From the NCBI GenBank assembly GCA_951406725.2, contig OX597817.1, positions 45,260,001 through 45,324,000 on the forward strand: a stretch of 64,000 nucleotides of DNA. Direction: 5' to 3'. The notes under the pieces are model-generated. The model did no database searches. It saw only the letters and a list, made by a program, of their open reading frames with translations, and was not told where the DNA came from. This DNA is from Octopus vulgaris (Eukaryota). The translations under genes and the position numbers were made by a program. Positions 55,269 through 64,000 of the stretch are shown here, in pieces (positions within the stretch are counted from its first letter, which is position 1; every line of letters begins with the position of its first letter).

Positions 55269-55436
55269 GGCGCAGGAGTGGCTGTGTGGTACGTAGCTTC
55301 CTTACCAACCACATGGTTCCGGGTTCAGTCCCACTGAATGGCACCTTAGGCAAGTGTCTTCTACTATAACCTCAGACCGACCAAAGCTTTGTGAGTGGAT
55401 TCGGTTGACGGAAACTGAAAGACGCCTGTCGTATAT
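55269..55436 (+). mobile_element. SINE family A, 5' half (split by PLE insertion)
   Basis: Head through GAAAGACGCCTGTCGTATAT. Confidence 0.9.
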
Positions 55437-55437
55437 G

Positions 55438-57576
55438 AATTTCTACACCAACCCAGCGTTAAGACTCATATGCCCTGCTAGTTCTGATATCGGGACCATC
55501 AGTAAGTACATTTTAGATAAATATATCCCTAGTTTAGTAAATAAGCTGAAGCTTAGCCTCTGGGCTAACTCCTCGCAGGTAGTGAAGTGGTTCTCTTCCA
55601 TCCCAAAGAAGAACCGTACTAGGTTTATTCAGTTTGATATCGCCAGCTTCTACCCCTCGCTTAACCCTAGTGTACTAAATAAGGCCCTTTGGCATGCTCA
55701 CAACAAGGCAGGCCTCACTAGAGAAGAAATTGATATTATTTTAGTTGCCAGAAAATCATTTATAAGGTTTGAAAATAAGTTGTGGATTCGTAAAGATACT
55801 CCCAATGAATTCGATGTGCCTATGGGTAGTTCGAATAGTGCGCAGATAGCCGATTTGGTCGGAATCTATATTCTCTACGAATTGTCCGACCAATTCCCGG
55901 ATATCGCGGGCGGCCTGTATCGGGACGATTGTCTGTTTTACCTGCAAAGGACCACGAACAGAATCGTACAGAAAACTAAGAATAGGTTAGCTAGGTTCTT
56001 TAATAGAATGGGCATGAATATAGTTTTTGATAATGAACTCACCAAGGCTAATTTCATAGACGTTACACTAACCCCCCATAGCGATTCATACTGCCCTTAC
56101 CATAAGCCTTCCACTAATTTGAAGTATGTCAGTGCCTTCTCCAATCATGCCAAAACCGTAACAGACAATTTGGTTAAAAACATCTCTCTAAGATTGTCTA
56201 ACTTGTCCGCTAGTGCCGACATTTTTATGCAGAAAGCGAAATTTTATAACGCCGCACTATCCAAAGCCGGTTATAGGCAGAAGGTAGTATATATTGATCC
56301 AGCCCTTCCGATGCCACCATTCGGTCATCAGGATACGGCCGTCTATAATAACATAAATAATTTAAGTAGTGACGGGAGCGCGGGGAGTGTTAGAGCAGGT
56401 ACTTCCGGATTTAATTTAGGGAACAAAGATAATTATCGGTCCGGGGGAGTTCACACTAAACCAAAACCCGTTATTCATCCTATAATCACCCACCCTAATG
56501 TTAGAGCTGGCTTCCCGACCCATCACATAAATAGGAATAAGTATATATGATTTGTAATTCCCTTTGGTAAGCAGATTAGAACTAACCTTCCCCTCCTGTT
56601 TTGACAAGCCATCGCCAGTAACTTCCCCAGAGATTCCAAATATTACTCCACGGTTAATTCGCATAAAGTTAGGATAGCTTTCTCCAACACAAAAAACGTT
56701 TCCCAGATAATCGCCTCCCATAATAATAGGCTGCTTATTAAAACCCTACCACCTTTGTCCGGAGGCGCAGCTCCGTCCGCTCCCAGTTTAACGCTCAGTA
56801 GGAATAATAATAGTAGTAATAATGATAAGAGAGCCAGTACAGTGACTGATAACCTCAGTACCAACCAGGGATTAAATACTAGATGTAGCGATAGAAGAAA
56901 TGGTGATGTCATTAACGTTAGTAATGGCAATAGTGAGGTGAGCGCAGCTCGGGTCATTAATGTAGAGAGTCCTAATAGCAACTCCAGCACCGTTTCCGGC
57001 AATAGCAGGCCCACGGATACTAGCATTTACAGCGCTCTCAATGATAGGGAAGACTCAAGGGTTAGTCCGTTAATAAATAGTGAATTTGAGGAATATAAAG
57101 TAGTAAGCGGCCGCAGTTCTCGCAATAAATATAGTAACAGTAACGCAGTTCTAATTTCAGAAGCTAATCCCAATAGAATAAGGTTCTTGTCGAATAACTC
57201 CAAGATCAGAAATGCCATTTACCAATGTAAGGTTTACACGGACTCAGATGTCTACTCGTATGTCGGGGCCTCATCGTCAAAATTGGCCTTGCGAATTTCC
57301 AACCATTTCGCAACTTTTCGCGATGTGAATAAATACAAAGCTACGGGACTTAGCAAGCTTATATGGGGTTTGAAGAACGCGAACTCAGGTTTCAGGCTGG
57401 AATGGTCGATTTTGTCGGTGGCCCTCCCATTTGATAGGGGCAGAAGGAAGTGCAATCTTTGTGTCTCTGAGCTTTTCCACATATTGTTCGCCAGAGACCG
57501 GTTGGTAAACGGACTTTTACAGTCGGCTTTTCGATGTCCCCATTGGCGGCGTTATACTTATCTTGCTTATAAATGA
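55438..57576 (+). pseudogene. PLE RT + GIY-YIG endonuclease reading frame with two in-frame TGA codons
   Basis: ORFs 55354-56550 and 56755-57576 are in the same frame; the gap reads I*FVIPFGKQIRTNLPLLF*QAIASNFP..KVRIAFS..IIASHN; TGA at 56548-56550 and 56602-56604. Confidence 0.88.
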
Positions 57577-58170
57577 TACCTAAGATAATTAGCACCAATA
57601 ATCCTTGGAAATAATTTTTGAAAGAGCTTTTTAAGAAATATATGAATAACCCTTGCAAGGGGAATTTACTCCCATTAGGCGAATGGTGGTTTGTTTTGGA
57701 AGCAAACGCAGGAATTTTATATACCCTTAGGATTCTTTGACGACGTTAATTTTTTGACAAGCAGGCCTAGACGAACACACGAACACAAAAAATATTTTCT
57801 GCCGCCTGACGAATTTTTCAGCAGTGACCATTATGGAGCGCCTTTTACCAACATACGGCCGCGCACACATAGGCCAGTACACACATACATGCTTCTAGGT
57901 AGTTTTTGTCTCGCCCCCAAAACATACACCCAGTATTCTTAAAATATTCAGAATTTTAGTTTTGGTCACACAGAACATCTCCACACCCATTGCTCTCACC
58001 TACTGGATTTGACCGCCGCCTGACCTGTAAATATCTTCAACGCACCCACCACCCGATTTCAACGTACATTGATAATCATTTCAGCCATGGGCTCTTAAAG
58101 AGCCTCCTCGTTCAAATTGCTTTGCTGCGCCTCTGTTCTGTTTTGTTCTGCCAACGGAATTCCTATTTTT

Positions 58171-58250
58171 TTCCTGAAGAGAAAGCCACAATATGGTATC
58201 CTTATTTAATCAGAATTTGGAAAATTGTGGCTTTTGAAACATGTGTAGAA
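58171..58250 (+). ncRNA. Hammerhead ribozyme motif in the Naiad-like 3' pLTR
   Basis: TTC-CTGAAGA-GAAAGCCACAAT..ATTGTGGCTTTT-GAAA-CATGTG-TA-GAA; 12-bp stem II, canonical core, short stem I. Confidence 0.7.
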
Positions 58251-58305
58251 TGCAATAAAAGGAATTCTGTTCAATCTTCGTTCAACTCCATTTCTTCAAT
58301 TCACT

Positions 58306-58309
<4 letters not shown>

Positions 58310-58388
<79 letters not shown>

Positions 58389-58630
58389 TGTGTGTGTGTC
58401 TGTGTACGTGCGTGTGCGTGTCTGTGTTAGACCCCCCAACATCGCTTGACAACTGATGCTGGTGTGTTTATGTCCCCGCAACTTTGCGGTTCGGCAAAAA
58501 GCCCTATAGAATAAGTACAAGGCTTTAAAAATATGTCCTGTGGTCTATTTGCTCGACTAAAGGCGGTGCTTCAGCATGGCCGCAGTTACATTTCTGAAAC
58601 AAGTTAAAAGAGCAAAAGAGTAAAAGAGTA
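58310..58630 (+). mobile_element. SINE family A, 3' half
   Basis: (TA)n(TG)n then CCCCAACATCGCTTGACAAC..GAAACAAGT..AAAAGAG tail. Confidence 0.9.
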
Positions 58631-59166
58631 AATGAGTTGTATCATATATTAACCTAATTTTAACGTTTGAACGAACGAAATTAACAGTAGAGAACAGAGA
58701 TGGAAAAAATTCGAAGAAATCTTAGAAGCGTTTGCAGAGGTAGGTAAAGAATTTTAGCGATTACATAGGAGTTCCTGTGATGCATCACTGTGTGAGTGTG
58801 CGCGCAGGGATGTGAGTGTAAATGTGCATCCACATCATGCGAGCATAATTTCTCAGTCGGGTGTCAGAGATCCACAAACAAACAATGGCCGATAATTTTG
58901 AAGCAGTAGAAGCAATGCACGCCGCTTTCACAATAAAACACTGTCATATCTGTAAACCATTGTAGTGTCCTGGTTCCTTTTGCAAACACGTCTATATTTC
59001 TATTGGCATCTGTCCCTCGAAAGTGGGAACTTGACTATACTGTACTGTTTTATGGCTTCGGTATCACACGTAGTTTTGCTATGAGGAAAATTCACTTGAA
59101 ATTCAAAGTACAAGGTCATAATCGATCATCTAAGAGTATTACAAATTTATGGCTACACACACACAT

Positions 59167-59207
<41 letters not shown>

Positions 59208-59208
<1 letters not shown>

Positions 59209-59702
59209 GGCTATAAAGATTTAAAAAAAATTTACTACCTGTGGCTTAGTATGTAGAAAAAATTAGTCAATAGACTATATATTATTCATATAAATACAGT
59301 GTACATTTAAACACTTAAGAGGTATTCGTCATCAGATTCCTTAACGCTAGAAGGAACAGCTAAAGTCCAAACAACTAATTAGGGATAAGAGCTCAAAGGG
59401 AATGAAAATTAAAAACATTTACCATATATCTCCTGGACCATGGTTCAGACTTTTTCAGCACATAATTGTCGCGTACTTATATGTTTAATCTAGGCGTACC
59501 TGTTGATAAAGACCTCTCCCAGCAAGTTATTTTATTTGCTAAAAAATCTCTGAAACCATGGTTCAGGAAATAGATGGTAAATGGTTTTATTTTTCATTCC
59601 CTTCGAGTTTTTATCCCTAACAGCTTTAATTGTTCCTTCTATCAGGAAAGGAAACCTATGGCGGATACCTCATATGTGTTTAAATGTACACTGTATTTAT
59701 AT
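59208..59702. mobile_element. Fold-back element with diverged arms
   Basis: Arms about 59288-59462 and 59536-59702; outer 27 bp perfectly complementary; (TA)n on both sides. Confidence 0.8.
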
Positions 59703-59736
59703 ATATATATATACACTGTATTTATATATATATATA

Positions 59737-59996
59737 TTGGTAAAAACAGTAAGATAACAAAAGAAAGAAAGAGACCTCAATATCATGTAAATAGAGGAAA
59801 TTTATCTATAAAATAATGTTACATTACTCAATAGTCAAGATAAAACTCTGAGTTTCAGATGCCGAAGTGGAAATCCACAACACCATCTCTTCGGTTATCT
59901 GGCCAGATAACCGAAGAGATGGTGTTGTGGATTTCCACTTCGGCATCTGAAACTCAGAGTTTTATCTTGACTATTGAGTAATGTAACATATCATTT

Positions 59997-59998
<2 letters not shown>
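59737..59998. mobile_element. Fold-back element containing a perfect 174-bp palindrome and two opposed hammerhead motifs
   Basis: 59816-59989 is its own reverse complement (centre TGG|CCA at 59902/59903); GATAA-CCGAAGA..GAAA-CTCAGAG-TT-TTATC at 59906-59966(+) and 59839-59899(-). Confidence 0.9.
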
Positions 59999-60068
<70 letters not shown>

Positions 60069-60120
60069 TGTGTGTGTGTGTGTGTGTGTGAGTGTGTGTA
60101 TGTGTGTGTATGTGTGTGTA

Positions 60121-60164
<44 letters not shown>

Positions 60165-60166
<2 letters not shown>

Positions 60167-60831
60167 CAATAATAAATCTTAGAGCGAGTTATAAATAGTA
60201 GCTGCAACACATCGTGACATATATTTGCCATTTAAATATGGCTAACCCCTAAGAGTGGATGCTACTGTAGTTTGCAACCCCAGGAGGACACCTCCTCCAG
60301 CTGGCTTTAGACACACTTTCTGAGCCCTATCAGTATTTGCAAAGGGAAGCCATCCTTCCCGTCTTCAACTTATGATACACACGGACTCGAGTTTCTGGGT
60401 ATTGACCCGTCATCGGCGTGTGACAATCACAGTTGTCGATGAAAAGTAGGTTCCCTTTGCAAATACTTATCTCTTTTTCAGTATCGTAAAGACACTGATA
60501 TCGAAAAGGTGTAATCAAGCAACAGTAAATCTTGATTACACCTTTTCGATATCAGTGTCTTTACGATACTAGAAAAGGGATAAGTATGTGCGAAGGGAAC
60601 CTACTTTTCATCGACAACTGTGATTGTCACACGCCGATGACGGGTCAAAACTCAGAAACTCGAGTCCGTGTGTATCATAAGTTGAAGACGGGAAGGATGG
60701 CTTCCGTTTGCAAATACTGATAGGACACAGAAAGTGTGTCTAATGCCAGCTGGAGGAGGTGTCCTCCTGGGGTTGCAAACTACAGTAGCATCCACCCTTA
60801 GGGGTTAGCCATATTTAAATGCAAATATATG

Positions 60832-60835
<4 letters not shown>
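60165..60835. mobile_element. Fold-back element with about 305-bp arms and opposed hammerhead motifs
   Basis: Arms 60214-60519 and 60531-60835, 11-nt loop, inner 40 bp perfect; mirrored ORFs 60330-60518(-) and 60532-60720(+). Confidence 0.9.
60628..60672 (+). ncRNA. Minimal type-I hammerhead motif (mirror copy at 60378-60422 on minus)
   Basis: CACACG-CCGATGA-(stem II; GGGT/ACCC in the minus copy)-GAAA-CTCGAG-TC-CGTGTG; palindromic stem III, GUC site, U4C core change. Confidence 0.7.
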
Positions 60836-60898
<63 letters not shown>

Positions 60899-61825
60899 GT
60901 ACATACACACACCCATATACAGACATGCACCGTTAGTGTATATTTATATAAATATGTGTGTGCATGCATGTGTGTGTGTCAATGGGAAACTAAACATCTT
61001 CACTGTGATATAAGTTCTTCTTTTGACTAGTCACGCTAATTATTATTATTATCTAAAAATAGATGCCTCTCCTATACGTGACAACGTCATTTCTTGTTAG
61101 CCAGACAAATGAAGGAGAAAGAACAAGAAGGAACGAATGTGATTGACTATTTTGATATGAGCGTGTAGAATATGCATCGTGTAAGCAAAGCAAACGGAAT
61201 GAGATTGTGTATATATACTTACATATATGCGTGTGTATGTATGTATTTACATGTATTTATATTTATGCTCGTATTTACACGACATTGCTTTTTATTTATG
61301 AAGCATATACTTCTGATTTTGTATTTGTAAACAAAAGGGAATGAAACTAAAGAGAAAATAAATATTACACGACATTGTTATTATATTTATATTAGTTTAA
61401 TTATTTAGAACCGCTCTTCCATAATTCAATTCATTGATTCACAAATCAATTTTCTTGGCACACTTATAAATCTCCTTAATTTAACCGTTAGAGTTATTCC
61501 GGAAGAAATTTGATTTTGTCGCATCCTTTATAGGTTTAATTCACTTTCATTCCCAATGTTTATTCTTAAAATTTAATTTAAGAAAATTTGAGGTTTTTAA
61601 TTTGATGCTGTATTAATTGTTATTGTTTTAAATTTATTCTTGTTTATTCAGACGAATCACTTTTATGGAAGCCCTGTTCAATTTATGTAGTTATATTTTG
61701 AAGCGTTTTATATTTGACTAGATTAAAAGTGTATTTAAAAGCAAAACTATTTGTTCGATAAAGTGCCTTTCATATGTCGTTTCTGTGCGATATATATCGA
61801 TGAGTTCCTTTTATGTTAACAATTG

Positions 61826-62076
61826 CTGAGACCCCTTCGGTCATGACTGACCACAGATTGCACCTAGAAAATTACCCTCCGAGGCACAAGTCCGATCAAG
61901 GTTATTTATGGAAGACAAGCAATCGCCCATGCATACCGGTCTCCTCTCTCCACACCACCAGTGTTATCCAAGGGAAAGGCAAAGGCCGATACAGCTTGGC
62001 ACCTGTGACGTCGCAACTCATTTCTACAGCTGTGTGAGCTGGGGCAACGCGAAATAAAGTGTCTTGCTCAAGAACG
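61826..62076 (-). mobile_element. SINE related to family C (same central domain, different tail; head missing)
   Basis: Shares CAACTCATTT..CAGCTG..GCAACG.GAAATAAAGTGTCTTGCTCAAG with 48998-49056. Confidence 0.75.
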
Positions 62077-62077
62077 C

Positions 62078-62250
62078 AGCGGTATTTCCTCTGTCTTTAC
62101 GTTCTGAATTCATATTCCACCGAAGTCGACTTTGCCTTTCATCTTTTCGTGTTCGATAAATTTAGTACCTGATGCATATTGGGGTCGATTTAATCCACTG
62201 GATCTCTCCCACAAAATTTCGGGTCTTGTGTCTACAGTAGAAAAATATAT
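62078..62250 (+). mobile_element. SINE family B body without head, tail type 2
   Basis: GCGGTATTTC..TACGTTCTGAATTC..GTCGACTTTGCCTTTCATC..AGTAGAAAA. Confidence 0.8.
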
Positions 62251-62497
62251 ATGTTTAGATTCAAATTAAATCTACTGAGACGAAAGTCATTGTGTTTTGG
62301 TTTAGCTTTTCCAGACAGCAATGTGTGCGTGTGAACTCAATCGACAGTTAGTCACGTGGAATGCGTATATAAACGACCACCGCAGAATAAAACTAAAAGT
62401 GAACTTAAATCCAATGGAATACTGCTTCAGCTTGTGGAGGACAATGGTCTAAATACTTATTTAACTGGTCTGGTATATTATACATATAGCAACATGA

Positions 62498-62712
62498 GGC
62501 CGCGAGCTGGCAGGATCGTTAACACGCCTGACGAAATGTTTATCAGTTTTTCGCCAGTCGTTACGTTATGAGCTCAAATTCCGCCGAGATCGACCTCACC
62601 TTTCATCCTTTCTGTGTCGATCAAATAAGTAGCATTTATGCACTGGGGTCAATGTAATCGATTTAATTCCCACCCCACAACTGCCTTTGTTACAATAATT
62701 TGAAATCATTAT
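62498..62712 (+). mobile_element. SINE family B
   Basis: GGCCGCGAGCTGGCAGGATCGTTAACACGCC..CCTTTCATCCTTTC. Confidence 0.82.
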
Positions 62713-62727
62713 ACATATAACAATAGA

Positions 62728-62990
62728 AGCACATGGCCTAGTGGTTAGAGCAGCGAACTCGCGGTCGAGGGATCACGTGTTCGAATCTCAGACCGGGCGA
62801 TGTGCGTGTTTATGAGCGAAACATCCAAGCTCCACGTGACTCCGGCAACTTTCTCTCGCTCTTTCCTCCTGCATCTAGCAGCTCACCTGCGTAGGACCGT
62901 CATCCCGTCCAGGTGGGGAACCTATACGCCAAGGATACCGGGACAGCCCGCCCTTATTAGCCAGACGTGGTTTGAGCAGGAACAAACAAT
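62728..62990 (+). mobile_element. tRNA-derived SINE family D
   Basis: GCACATGGCCTAGTGGTTAGAGC (A box)..GTTCGAATCTC (B box), body ..CCCGTCCAGGTGGGGAACC.., AACAAACAA tail; same head at 24010. Confidence 0.8.
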
Positions 62991-64000
62991 TCATGTAGCG
63001 TCATGTGCCACGGTTTTAGTTTGTCTAAACGACGGTGGTTATCAAGTAATTATACGGGTCCTGGCGATATTCAGAAGCAAAATCTATACAAAGGGAACAT
63101 TTGATACATCAATCAACGAATGTGTACAGATATATATTCGGTTTTCATCCAAAACAATCACGTTTATTCCTGGTGCAGATTCCTTTAAACTATAGACGTT
63201 GTCTCATGAATTGTATATCTACGGAACAGACAGTCACATGCGTTTAGTTATGGCAGAAAAAATACACAAATCAATGCAAACCTATAGTCTCCAAATGAAA
63301 TTTACAGCATTGCGAAAATGCACCAGTAAGTCCTTTGGTGACAAATGAAATAAAACTATTTTTAGTCTGCTGGAAATCTGTCCTTATCGAAATAAATTAA
63401 TGTAACAAATAACTTGAAAAAAATTATTATCTGAAATATCATTGAAGTGAATTATATTTTTTAATATTTGGAAAAAAAAAGTTTTCTTTTTACTTTCATA
63501 AAATCGTATCTCTATATCGCTCTGGCAACATTGTTTTACCGTAAGTCTATGTTAAAATAATTAGGTTTTGTTAAAATGTATATTAAATTCACATTTATTT
63601 CTTTTATTTTGTCACATGGATTCTGTTGCTTCACTGCTGTATTCTAAGTTTCCCAAGTAAATCATGTTATAGATTAATATTGCTGATCTATTACTTTTAT
63701 GAATTAATTTACAATTACATCAAGTTTAAAGGGCGTCACCAACTCAGACGTATTCGCTATATGTTGAGAGCTAAACTACCAGTGAATATTTAACTGTTTG
63801 CACTCACATGGAAAGGTTAGAACAAACGACACTGCAAATAAATTATATTTTCGTAATCACTTTTGTTATTTGTAAGTATATTGTTTTCTATAATGTCAGT
63901 TGAATGACGAATGATTAAACTTTTCTTCTGTAACATTGATACGTCATTCCATAAATATATGTATATATGTATGTATGCATGTATGCATGTATATATATAT

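Larger units (their letters stand above)
55437..58309 (+). mobile_element. Penelope-like element, Naiad-like, 5'-truncated
   Basis: RT: RLICPASSDIG..FDIASFYPSL..FDVPMGS..GLYRDD..FIDVTL..PYHKP..SNH; endonuclease: AIY..YVG..R..NH..CNLC..E..N..CPH; about 730-nt 3' UTR with hammerhead motif and AATAAA. Confidence 0.92.

Noticed and set aside
55354-55436. N-terminus of the 398-aa ORF as genuine PLE protein
   Set aside because: Derived from SINE A sequence fused in frame to the truncated RT
58688-58739. Possible exon REQRWKKFEEILEAFAE before GTAGGT
   Set aside because: Weak acceptor, no partner exons or recognisable homology
60330-60720. Two near-identical divergent 62-aa ORFs as a gene pair
   Set aside because: Mirror consequence of the palindrome; TTG starts inside the stem, no recognisable domain

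Overview
AT-rich, microsatellite-laden animal genomic DNA. The repeat repertoire resembles a coleoid cephalopod such as Octopus (inference). I cannot confidently call a host protein-coding gene; almost all listed ORFs are microsatellite artefacts. The window is a mosaic of transposons: four tRNA-derived SINE families, a decayed Gypsy element with nested LINE and SINE insertions, a second LTR+PBS remnant, CR1-like and Tx1-like LINE pieces, mariner/Tc1/Tigger remnants, piggyBac-type and other MITEs, and three Penelope-like elements (PLEs). Two PLEs are Neptune-like; the third is a nearly intact Naiad-like RT+GIY-YIG element at 55437-58309 that splits a SINE. The most striking signal is a recurrent PLE-linked system: at least seven short asymmetric fold-back (palindromic) elements, each sitting in or beside a (TA)n tract. 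Several carry minimal type-I hammerhead ribozyme motifs like those in the 3' ends of the coding PLEs, and one is a perfect 174-bp spacer-less palindrome. All alignments, translations and folds were done by eye; boundaries are approximate.
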